From Promethearchaeum syntrophicum (GTDB lineage Archaea > Asgardarchaeota > Lokiarchaeia > Sigyniarchaeales > Promethearchaeaceae): DNA of 32,000 nucleotides. The stretch covers positions 3,690,001 through 3,722,000 of the forward strand of contig NZ_CP042905.2 in assembly GCF_008000775.2 (NCBI RefSeq). The letters are read 5' to 3'. Made by a program: the position numbers and the translations under genes. Below the pieces are notes generated by a model. That model made no database searches. It worked only from the letters and a program-made list of their open reading frames with translations, and was not told the DNA's origin. Below are positions 16,712 through 27,150 of the stretch, in pieces; position 1 is the first letter of the stretch, and every line of letters begins with the position of its first letter.

Positions 16712-17824
16712 TTGTTTACATTCATTCAAAATAGTTCTCAATTGGTAGTGAAAAATTTGAAAAAAAAAAATCTTCTCATCGGTGTAATGATATTAATATC
16801 AATAAGCAGTTTCATCATTGTTTATGCATTTAATAACAACATTATACCTGGACGTACAGTAGGCTATAGAATCTATGTTGAAAGTGATTATGCATACGTA
16901 ACTCACAATGATGGTGTTGAGATAATCAATACTGAAAATAAGCAGAAGCCAAATGTCGTTGGAAATGTGGATCTCAACGATGGAGCATGGGGAATTGAAA
17001 AAGATGGTGATTTATTTTATATTGCAGCCGCTTCTAATGGATTGGTAACCGCAGATGTTAGTAACCCAGAAGCCCCGATCATTATTACCCGAACTGCTAT
17101 TGAAGGAGGGGCACTTAATTTGGCAATTAAAAATGGTTTAGCATTCGTCCTCACAGGTTCGAATACGATTGCAATTTATAATGTCACTGATTCGAGTTCA
17201 CCATTTCGGATAGCAACATATACATCATCGCAAGCAAGTGACTATCGTGATGTTATTATCTCAGGAGACGCATTATTCATTGCAGATGCTGGACGTGGTA
17301 TTGAAATATTAAATGTAAGCCAACCTTCCACACCATCATTACTCAATACTATCATCACTTCAGCTCCAATAGCAATCTTCAAACATGATAATTTACTCTT
17401 CTTAGGATGCCATGGTGCAGGAGTTAAATGGTATAACGTATCCAATTTAATTTCTCCAGTGTTGAAAGGATCCTATCTAGAACCTTATGGAGAAGCATAT
17501 GGAGTTTGGGGAAATTCAACTCACTTATATGTTGCAGATTTACAAAAGGGAGTATATTGCTTGAATATTTCTGAAGGGAACTATGTGACTAAAATTTTTC
17601 ATAATTTAGAAGCGGCACCTCACGATATTACAGGAGAGGGAAATTATGTATATCTCGGCGACCAAGATTACCGGTTGAAAATCTATGATGACCACCTTAA
17701 TTGTTTATATGAGGGACACATAATCAGTTATGTAATTCCAATTATTATTGCAGTTATTTCAGTCGGAATTATCATTTACAGTCGAATTCCGATTAAAAAA
17801 AATAGGATTAATGTTGTAAAATGA
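16712..17824 (+). CDS. LVIVD-repeat beta-propeller protein with N-terminal signal/anchor and C-terminal TM anchor
   Basis: Seven repeats of the hydrophobic-strand + (D/N)(V/I)(S/T)xPxxP type: YAYVTHNDGVEIIN, LFYIAAASNGLVTADVSNPEAP, LAFVLTGSNTIAIYNVTDSSSP, ALFIADAGRGIEILNVSQPSTP, LLFLGCHGAGVKWYNVSNLISP, HLYVADLQKGVYCLNIS, YVYLGDQDYRLKIYD. The N-terminus is KKKNLLIGVMILISISSFIIVYA and the C-terminus is VIPIIIAVISVGIIIYSRIPIKKNR. The start is ambiguous: TTG 16712, or a downstream TTG or GTG. Confidence 0.72.
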   Translation: MFTFIQNSSQLVVKNLKKKNLLIGVMILISISSFIIVYAFNNNIIPGRTVGYRIYVESDYAYVTHNDGVEIINTENKQKPNVVGNVDLNDGAWGIEKDGDLFYIAAASNGLVTADVSNPEAPIIITRTAIEGGALNLAIKNGLAFVLTGSNTIAIYNVTDSSSPFRIATYTSSQASDYRDVIISGDALFIADAGRGIEILNVSQPSTPSLLNTIITSAPIAIFKHDNLLFLGCHGAGVKWYNVSNLISPVLKGSYLEPYGEAYGVWGNSTHLYVADLQKGVYCLNISEGNYVTKIFHNLEAAPHDITGEGNYVYLGDQDYRLKIYDDHLNCLYEGHIISYVIPIIIAVISVGIIIYSRIPIKKNRINVVK

Positions 17825-17846
17825 GAAAGACTACTTAACACCATAA

Positions 17847-18743
17847 TTAATTTTTTAAATTTTTTATTGGATTTTGATTCATACAAGGAACATCAAATTG
17901 ACAGAGAGCACAACCAACTGCAGGAAATCTTCTCTGTCTAACTTCACCTTTAACACGTCTCGAGCTAGGTTTCAATAAATTCCCCCATTTTTCCATCATT
18001 TGTTGTGCGATCTTTTGTCCATATTGATGGCAAAGTTCCTTATCATGCCCTTGTTCATTTATGGCATTTATTGGACAACGTTCAATACACTTTTTACAGC
18101 TTTTATTTGCGAAATAGAGACAATTTGAATACGGAGTCTTAATTTTTCGTTTCGATAAGGGAAATGGAGCATCAGTTATTATAGAACCCAACCGAATGTT
18201 TGATCCATAATCAGAAATAAATGCATCCGTAAGGGAAAATGATCCTAAACCTGCAGCATATGCAACATGACGTTCAGACCATGAAGAACTATAACCTACA
18301 AGTTCAACTAAATGACTTTGATTGCATAAAGCTGCGTTAAAACCTAATTCATCAAGAAATTGCTGTACGGATACTAATGCAGAATTTATTGTAGTGTCTG
18401 CAAAATTTCGTGCAATAAGATAGAGCTCAGGAGGACTAATTTGTGACTTTGATCCTGCTTCTTTAATATCATCAGAAAACGAAAAACCAAATGAAAGAAC
18501 TGATATCTCTTCTGGGTGAATATTTTTAGGTAGAAAATTAAAACTGGACCATAGCTCTGCTGGAGTAAAATGATACTTTCCGATGATTTCTTTATATTTT
18601 AGGAACAAAGGATCAGACCCTTGTCCTATACCAAAGAAAATTTTTGAAAAAATTTGATGAGAATTAAATTCATTTGGGAGAACATTATCCTTATGGTTTT
18701 CAGTGAAGTTGTCCAAAAGATTCTGAATTTTATTTTGCATCAT
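17847..18743 (-). CDS. QueG/RdhA-superfamily Fe-S protein (epoxyqueuosine reductase-like)
   Basis: AAGLGSFSLTDAFISDYGSNIRLGSIITDAPFP matches the family block AGLG..G.N.LLI...YGS...LG.I.T. The first cluster motif is C-x8-CKKCIERCPINAI. The second, degenerate one is AVGCALCQFDVPCMNQNP (compare GCDICQ.VCPWN). Confidence 0.65.
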   Translation of the reverse strand: MMQNKIQNLLDNFTENHKDNVLPNEFNSHQIFSKIFFGIGQGSDPLFLKYKEIIGKYHFTPAELWSSFNFLPKNIHPEEISVLSFGFSFSDDIKEAGSKSQISPPELYLIARNFADTTINSALVSVQQFLDELGFNAALCNQSHLVELVGYSSSWSERHVAYAAGLGSFSLTDAFISDYGSNIRLGSIITDAPFPLSKRKIKTPYSNCLYFANKSCKKCIERCPINAINEQGHDKELCHQYGQKIAQQMMEKWGNLLKPSSRRVKGEVRQRRFPAVGCALCQFDVPCMNQNPIKNLKN

Positions 18744-18831
18744 TAAGATATTAACTCAAATATAGAAAAAAGTTTTTAACCGTGATTAACACTTGAATTC
18801 GACAATGATTATAACAAAGAGCAGTTTTTTC

Positions 18832-19599
18832 TTAAAAAGCGATTTTTTTTCGATACCAATACCGATATTTTTCTTTGAACCCTAATTTTTGATATAAACG
18901 TAAAGCTGCGGGATTATTTAACATTACTTGGAGATACGCCTTTCGAGCCCCACAGTTCTTTCCTAATTTGAGGATATGATGTATTAAAAGGGAACCAATC
19001 CCTAGATTACGATAATCTTTACCAACAACAATATCAAACAATCCAATATAGAACTCATCTTGAACACCTATACCACAGGCAACACATTTATCATCTTGGA
19101 ATAACAGCAAATAGAAGGTCTTTACCAAGATACTTTTTAAAATCCTGCGTAATTTTTTTTGATTTTGATTTCGCACTTGATTTAAACTGCAATACTGTTG
19201 CAACCATATTTCATTTAAATGATTTTTACACTCCAAATGAAGGGAAGATTCTGGAATATTTAATTCTGGAATATCTAATTCTTGCACACTAGTTTCATCA
19301 ATTTTTTCATAACCTTGTTTGATTAAAGTTGATTCTAAATTTTTTGGGGACGCGATATCAGTGAGCTTAAATATACATGGAAGAGAGAATCTGGAATATT
19401 TTATTTCACAACGTTTAATTTTGAGAAGTAGATCATCGGTTGACTGAAAAATCGGATTGACAGAATTTGCACGTTTTGTATACCCTTCAGCAAATCGTAA
19501 AATCCATCCATCATCAATTATGGTCTGGAAACTGGGCCAAGCAGACATGGTGCGAGCTTCCATATTTCTAATATAGACTCTGTCTTCATCTGAAATCAT
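18832..19599 (-). CDS. two-domain GNAT-family acetyltransferase
   Basis: The N-terminal pseudo-GNAT block is EARTMSAWPSFQTIIDDGWILRFAEGYTKRANSVNP. The C-terminal active GNAT is VVGKDYRNLGIGSLLIHHIL...AYLQVMLNNPAALRLYQKLGFKE. Confidence 0.8.
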   Translation of the reverse strand: MISDEDRVYIRNMEARTMSAWPSFQTIIDDGWILRFAEGYTKRANSVNPIFQSTDDLLLKIKRCEIKYSRFSLPCIFKLTDIASPKNLESTLIKQGYEKIDETSVQELDIPELNIPESSLHLECKNHLNEIWLQQYCSLNQVRNQNQKKLRRILKSILVKTFYLLLFQDDKCVACGIGVQDEFYIGLFDIVVGKDYRNLGIGSLLIHHILKLGKNCGARKAYLQVMLNNPAALRLYQKLGFKEKYRYWYRKKIAF

Positions 19600-19987
19600 T
19601 AATATTACTTAACCTTTGATTCATAAATTTTTATGGTATATTTTATATACACATCATTTTCATTAAGATTAGTCTAATTTAGAACTTTTTTCGTGGTTTA
19701 ATTTGATTTGCGAAAAATACATATTTTGATTACACACTTTTTACGCAACCTTTTTATACTAGTGTTTCTATTACATAATTATAACTAAAAAATTATAATA
19801 GTGAAAAAAAATGAAGAACAATCAAAAATACTATACGAAAAAAAATGCCTATGGCACTATTGCTGAAAATACGAACAGAACAAGCTATTCAGAAATGAGA
19901 TTTCAATTTTATTAATTTTTTTATTTTATTTTATTTTAATGATGTGTATAAAAATATGTATAACTCAATAAAAAACAGGTTTTTAAT

Positions 19988-21313
19988 ATGACAGAACAAT
20001 TACAAATAATCAAAAATTCAAAAACATTCAAACACTACATAATTTTCTTGATCGGTCAGTTATTTTCATTATTTGGCTCTTCTGTAGTCCAATTTGCAGG
20101 TACATGGTGGATTACACTTCAAACCGATGATCCTCTCTACATGAGTATATCTTTACTACTAATGTTCGCACCTCAACTTTTATTTGGTGCATTAGCGGGC
20201 GTAATCGCGGATAAATACAATCGAAAAATAGTAATTCTAATTACAGATGCATATCAAGCAATCATAACCTTACTCTTAATTATCTTTTCTTCTTTTGTTC
20301 TTGAGAGTTTATGGGTATTTATTATCTTTATTTCGGTCAGACACATTGGACAAACATTTCAGAGACCAGCAGTACAAACTGTAGCACCAATGTTGGTTCC
20401 CGATGAAAAATTATCCCAAATAAACGGAATTAATTCTCTGCTTCAATCATTAATACAAATAGTTTCTCCAATTGTTGGAGCCTTGCTAATTGGTCGTTTT
20501 TCAATTATACAAATAATGTGGTTAGATGTAATCACATTTATCATGGCTTCAATACCGTTATTCTTCATTAAGTTTCCAAATATTCACCTTAAACCTGGGG
20601 AAGGAACAACTAAAGAAACCGAGAAGAAATCTTCTTTCATAGTCAATTTCAAGGAAGGTTTGAAGGCAATTAAAGAAACTCCCGGTTTATGGGTTTTAAT
20701 TATTACTGCAATATTTAACAATCTGCTAATTACTCCACTTAATGTGCTTTTAACATATTTTATTTATTACGACCATCATGGAACTGCAGAACTTTTTGCA
20801 ATCGTTTCCATAGTGGTTAACTTAGGAATCATTGGGGGTTCAATTTTAATGTCTGTCAAGAAAAATTGGAAAAATAAGAAATTTCAATTTGTTTTATGGC
20901 ATTATATAGCATTTATAGGTTACGCTATAGTAGGATTAGCACCAGAAGGTCTATTTTGGTTGATGGGTGCAGGTGGATTTATACTATTATTTGCAATACC
21001 AGTTATAAATACATTCTATTTAACATATATTCAAAAAGCAGTTCCGAAAGAAAAACAAGGAAGAGTTTTTTCATTAGACTCATTATTCAGTTCGGCTGCG
21101 ACCCCAATTGGGATGATAATTTGCGTTCCTTTAGCAGAAATTATAGGAATTGGGAATTTATTCGCAATTTGTGCGTTTATGGCAATGATCATCATTACCA
21201 TCTTTACAGTAACAAAACAAATCGCTAAGGTAAATTTTGATGTTAAAGAAGAGAGAAATGAAAGTGTTAGTCAGACCGATAATGCAATCTTAACTGATCC
21301 CATAGTTGAATAG
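19988..21313 (+). CDS. MFS transporter (EntS/DUF894-like subfamily)
   Basis: About 12 TM spans. The loop 2-3 motif is GALAGVIADKYNRKIVIL (G..aD+.dRr). It has a central cytoplasmic loop and a hydrophilic C-terminal tail. Confidence 0.85.
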   Translation: MTEQLQIIKNSKTFKHYIIFLIGQLFSLFGSSVVQFAGTWWITLQTDDPLYMSISLLLMFAPQLLFGALAGVIADKYNRKIVILITDAYQAIITLLLIIFSSFVLESLWVFIIFISVRHIGQTFQRPAVQTVAPMLVPDEKLSQINGINSLLQSLIQIVSPIVGALLIGRFSIIQIMWLDVITFIMASIPLFFIKFPNIHLKPGEGTTKETEKKSSFIVNFKEGLKAIKETPGLWVLIITAIFNNLLITPLNVLLTYFIYYDHHGTAELFAIVSIVVNLGIIGGSILMSVKKNWKNKKFQFVLWHYIAFIGYAIVGLAPEGLFWLMGAGGFILLFAIPVINTFYLTYIQKAVPKEKQGRVFSLDSLFSSAATPIGMIICVPLAEIIGIGNLFAICAFMAMIIITIFTVTKQIAKVNFDVKEERNESVSQTDNAILTDPIVE

Positions 21314-21441
21314 AAATTAAATCACACATCAATACTTTTTTTTTTTATCTGGTTTGTATTAGAGATTTAAAATAAAATACGAAATTCAAAAACATAAGAT
21401 ACTGTATATGAAAGAATGAAACAAAAAGGAAAAGAACACGA

Positions 21442-22551
21442 ATGAAAGACTACAATGAAAAAGCAGCAATGTTGGCAGTTAATTTTGCTGTTAATGTAAA
21501 ACCAGGAGATCTTGTATTTATCCAAGGTTCTGAGGTCGCAAATGATCTCATAAAAGCCGTTTATATTGAAACTTTGAAGGCGGGAGGACATCCAATCGTT
21601 CAATCGGGAATAAAGGGAATTGACGTAGCAAGATACAAATATTCCAACGACGAACAACTTGCGTATTTCAACCCAGTAAGAGAATTAATAATGACTAAAG
21701 CTCAGAAAATGATAAGTGTCTATGCAGATCACAATCGGCAAAAAATGACGTTAATCAACCCTGAAAAGGTTAAATTGACCAGATCTTCTCCGAAATTTAT
21801 GGAAGTGATGAAAATATATCAAGAACGATTGGCTAAAAAGGAAATAAAATGGACTATCGTACCCTATCCATGTGACAGTTTTGCTCAAGATGCGAAAATG
21901 GATACGGAATCCTATAAAGAATTTATTTATAAAGCATTAAAACTCGATTCTGAAAATCCTGCTGAAGCATGGAGAGAAATTGAAGAAAAACAAGAAAAAA
22001 TCATAGAAATTTTAAATAAAGTTGACAAAATTCAAGTTCTGGGAGAAGATACCGATCTTACACTCTCAGTAAAAGGAAGACCTTGGGAAAACTGCTGTGG
22101 GCATGAAAATTTACCTGATGGAGAAGTTTTTACAAGCCCTATCGAGGATTCTATTAACGGTAGAATTCGATTTACATATCCAGGAATCTATCAAGGTAAA
22201 GAAATTAAAAATATACTTCTGGAATTTAAAGACGGGAGAGTTATAAAAGGTATTGCTGATGAAGGGCAAGAATTGTTAGATTCTATTTTAACCATTGATA
22301 ATGCGGATATCATTGGGGAATTTGCGATTGGAACTAATTATGGAATTCAGAAATTCACCAAGAATATGTTATTTGATGAAAAAATGGGCGGAACTATGCA
22401 TATGGCTTTGGGAATGGGATTTCCAGAAACGAAAAGTGAAAATACGTTATGTGCTATCCATTGGGATATTCTCAAAGACATGAAAAGTGAAGATTCAAAG
22501 ATAATTGCTGATGGAAAAGTAATATACCAAGCGGGAAAATGGCTTATTTAA
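21442..22551 (+). CDS. M29-family aminopeptidase (AmpS/PepS/aminopeptidase T-like)
   Basis: The N-terminus NEKAAMLAVNFAVNVKPGDLVFIQG matches the family. So do NLPDGEVFTSPIE, EFAIGTNYG and DEKMGGTMHMALG, the metal-ligand region of thermophilic metalloprotease M29. Confidence 0.85.
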   Translation: MKDYNEKAAMLAVNFAVNVKPGDLVFIQGSEVANDLIKAVYIETLKAGGHPIVQSGIKGIDVARYKYSNDEQLAYFNPVRELIMTKAQKMISVYADHNRQKMTLINPEKVKLTRSSPKFMEVMKIYQERLAKKEIKWTIVPYPCDSFAQDAKMDTESYKEFIYKALKLDSENPAEAWREIEEKQEKIIEILNKVDKIQVLGEDTDLTLSVKGRPWENCCGHENLPDGEVFTSPIEDSINGRIRFTYPGIYQGKEIKNILLEFKDGRVIKGIADEGQELLDSILTIDNADIIGEFAIGTNYGIQKFTKNMLFDEKMGGTMHMALGMGFPETKSENTLCAIHWDILKDMKSEDSKIIADGKVIYQAGKWLI

Positions 22552-22563
22552 ATTAATAGATGC

Positions 22564-22582
22564 TTTTTTGTTTTTTTATTTT
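22564..22582 (+). terminator. oligo-T terminator after the aminopeptidase gene
   Basis: The sequence tttttt-g-ttttttt-a-tttt starts 13 nt after the stop codon. This is the archaeal-type T-tract termination signal. Confidence 0.45.
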
Positions 22583-22765
22583 AGAAAACTATTTCCTCTT
22601 CGTAAACTAATTTCAAATCTATTTCAATAAAATTTTTGACTCAATCGTAAATTTCTTGGTTATCTGTCTAATTTAGAAGGAAAAATGTTCCGTTTGAATG
22701 ATTAGCGTTGCTCTTGACCCTAATGAATCATAAGTTCAATAAAACTTGCTAAAATCATACGCTGG

Positions 22766-23200
22766 CTATAAATCTCGGTTCTGGCATTCTTTACATTTAT
22801 AATATATATCAATCCTCTGGCCTATTGGTTTAACATGAAGATTTTTTATTAAATTATTCCATGAATTCTGGATTTGATCAGGATAATAATCAAGAATTGA
22901 ATTGCATTTTGTACAGACCAAATTGATATGAATTTTTGTATTAGGATCATATCTTACAGCCCCCTCTCCAAATCCTAATTCATTTACAACTCCTATTTCT
23001 TTCAATGAATTTAGCGTTTTATATATCGTTCCAAGGCTTATTGTTGGAAATTTATCATGCAAATCGTGATAAATTTGATCTGCTGAGGGATGATCAAATC
23101 GCGAAAGGATATATTTAGTTACAAGCAATCTTTGTGTTGTTACCTTTAAATTATTCTTCTTAAGCAAATCAATAATATGCTGGTTTTCCATGTGAATCAT
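22766..23200 (-). CDS. Fur-family metalloregulator (PerR/Fur-like)
   Basis: It contains KVTTQRLLVTKYIL, HPSADQIYHDL and the recognition helix ISLGTIYKTLNSLKEIGVV. The C-terminal structural Zn site is CTKC...CKEC. It is divergent from katG, with host-like low GC. Confidence 0.85.
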   Translation of the reverse strand: MIHMENQHIIDLLKKNNLKVTTQRLLVTKYILSRFDHPSADQIYHDLHDKFPTISLGTIYKTLNSLKEIGVVNELGFGEGAVRYDPNTKIHINLVCTKCNSILDYYPDQIQNSWNNLIKNLHVKPIGQRIDIYYKCKECQNRDL

Positions 23201-23274
23201 TTATATATTTTGATAGTATATTAAAGTATCGTGTATGTTAAAAAGAAAATGTTTTTTAAGAACTATTACCATAT

Positions 23275-23301
23275 GATATTGATTCTTAATTGAGAATTAT
23301 T
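23275..23301. promoter_or_regulatory. candidate Fur/PerR operator in the fur-katG divergent intergenic region
   Basis: The sequence is gatattgattcttaattgagaattatt. It contains the imperfect palindrome TTCTTAATTGAGAA (23283..23296, 12/14 self-complementary). It matches the classical GATAATGATAATCATTATC box only 11/19 by hand alignment, which is weak evidence in DNA this AT-rich. Confidence 0.25.
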
Positions 23302-23324
23302 TTAATTTAGATCTAAGTTTTTGA

Positions 23325-25583
<2,259 letters not shown>

Positions 25584-25627
25584 AGATGGATTAAGGATAA
25601 ATCTATGGCTATTTCATTTCAGGAAAA

Positions 25628-25640
25628 TTTTTTTCTTTTT
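25628..25640 (+). terminator. oligo-T terminator after katG
   Basis: The sequence ttttttt-c-ttttt lies 45 nt after the katG stop. Confidence 0.4.
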
Positions 25641-25745
25641 CTCCAACCTCCAGCTTAATGGTTCGGAAAAATGGTAGGAGGCAGAATTATTTAGTTAAAA
25701 AATGAAATGATAAAAAATGTTACTTTTTAGAGATTTTTATTTTTT

Positions 25746-26408
25746 CTAAATCCCATATATTATTTGCATATCAGGGACTTCAACTGTATAATAATGCACC
25801 CAAATGTAAATATGAGTAAATAAAGCTATTAGTAGTGCAGATTGTGAAGCGAGAATTAACCCAGGAATCCATAAAATCAACACCCCAAAAATATACATTC
25901 CATTTTTAAAATAACGATACATTCCACGTGACTCCAATTGCTTGGACCTATAAGATATATCAAAATGATCTGCTCCCGCTGCTCGTTTGATCCCAAAATA
26001 ACGTAAAACAGAATAGAAAAGATAAATCATCGGAATACTTATAATTATTGCTAAAGTGCGCAAAATGACAATGTTAATATCCAATGTATTTTGATTGGAA
26101 ATACTTACCATTGCAATAGAAATAAATCGGGCGAAAAATAGAATGAAAAAACCAAAAATATATAAATTAAATCCCAATTTACCAAATTTTCGAGTAATCC
26201 ACTCTGATTTTAGCTGAATTCGCCAGCAAATAAGCACATAAACTTGATGACCTACATTAATCACAAGGCAAAGAATTACCCAAAATAAAGTGGTCATTCC
26301 AAACAAATCTCCTTGAAGAAAATTGTTATAGGGGAGTATCAAACGGAACAAAATTGAAGAAATAATTAAAAATAATAGGTGATATTGTTGTTTCTCTAAA
26401 ATTTTCAT
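25746..26408 (-). CDS. PEMT/ICMT-like membrane methyltransferase
   Basis: About 5-6 TM spans. The C-terminal block is LESRGMYRYFKNGMYIFGVLILWIPGLILASQSALLIALFTHIYIWVHYYTVEVPDM. It resembles the G.Y...RNPMY...//...EE..L signature, with NGMY in place of NPMY. Confidence 0.55.
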   Translation of the reverse strand: MKILEKQQYHLLFLIISSILFRLILPYNNFLQGDLFGMTTLFWVILCLVINVGHQVYVLICWRIQLKSEWITRKFGKLGFNLYIFGFFILFFARFISIAMVSISNQNTLDINIVILRTLAIIISIPMIYLFYSVLRYFGIKRAAGADHFDISYRSKQLESRGMYRYFKNGMYIFGVLILWIPGLILASQSALLIALFTHIYIWVHYYTVEVPDMQIIYGI

Positions 26409-26505
26409 TTGTAATTAGATATATATCCTTTTTACAAATAAGATAGCTTCTTTCTTTTTAAAATGAAAATTTATATAGCAATTTTATTCTTGTAGAATAA
26501 AAAGA

Positions 26506-27027
26506 TTATTTTAAGGATTTTGAACCAATTTTTATATCAAGGATTGGAGAACCATTAAAAGCATCAAGATTTATTACATACAAAGTGGTTCCTTCTATCT
26601 TGATTAGTTCAACCTCAGAAATACCTAATCTTGAAGGTCGAAAGGGAGTTCTTGAAGCAAATACACCCACTTTTTTTCCATCTAAACCCCGTGCAAAAGT
26701 AGAGGTAATTGGTTGTTGAATATGAAAATAGAAAATAATTGTTATCCATTTTTCATCTTCTAATTTAAAGAGAAATGGTTTTTGAGAATCAAACAACTTT
26801 ATTTTTGAAATAGATAAATTAGAATTATTATTTGATTTACCTCTAAATTCAAAATTTTGCCCCGGATCTGTATCATTTGCAACAAAACCAATTGGATAAA
26901 TTTTGTAGGGTTTACTTTCATTGTACAAACAGGAATGGCATATTAGTTTATCATCAATTTTTTCAATATGGTATTGGTCAGAGTTTTGATTACATAAAGA
27001 ACATTTGCATTTGGTGCAGGTTGGCAT
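26506..27027 (-). CDS. TsaA/TrmO (YaeB, UPF0066)-like SAM-dependent methyltransferase with N-terminal zinc ribbon
   Basis: The core contains YPIGFVAND, a beta-barrel region, then GVFASRTPFRPSRLGISEVELIKIEGTTLYVINLDAFNGSPILDIK (compare GvFAtRSP.RPN.IG...v.glD.ldGTPvLDIKPY). The N-terminal ~40 aa carry CTKCKCSLC...CHSC. The track start at 27033 is TTG; the ATG at 27027 is preferred. Confidence 0.78.
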   Translation of the reverse strand: MPTCTKCKCSLCNQNSDQYHIEKIDDKLICHSCLYNESKPYKIYPIGFVANDTDPGQNFEFRGKSNNNSNLSISKIKLFDSQKPFLFKLEDEKWITIIFYFHIQQPITSTFARGLDGKKVGVFASRTPFRPSRLGISEVELIKIEGTTLYVINLDAFNGSPILDIKIGSKSLK

Positions 27028-27150
27028 TGTCAACTAAGAAAATGAAGGAAATTTCAAAAATTTTCGCTTTTTCTTAGATTGACAAATAAAATGGGAGAAC
27101 ACACATCGAAGATAAATTTTATATGAGAATTAATCCAAAATCTTATTATT

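Noticed and set aside
20896-21228. 110-aa alternative-frame ORF inside the MFS transporter gene
   Set aside because: It is on the same strand but in a different frame within a continuous 12-TM transporter frame. Its Arg/Ser/Tyr-rich product looks like a frame artefact, and I see no slippery site suggesting programmed frameshifting.
21367-21657. 96-aa minus-strand ORF overlapping the aminopeptidase start
   Set aside because: It overlaps 216 nt of the N-terminus of the M29 aminopeptidase, whose frame carries family motifs. The Cys/Phe/Ile-rich translation is typical of AT-rich noise.
25641-25690. GC-richer CCTCC...GGAGG inverted repeat downstream of katG as a structured RNA
   Set aside because: It has only a 5-bp stem and a ~27-nt loop. 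It is more simply explained as the tail of the GC-rich imported katG fragment.
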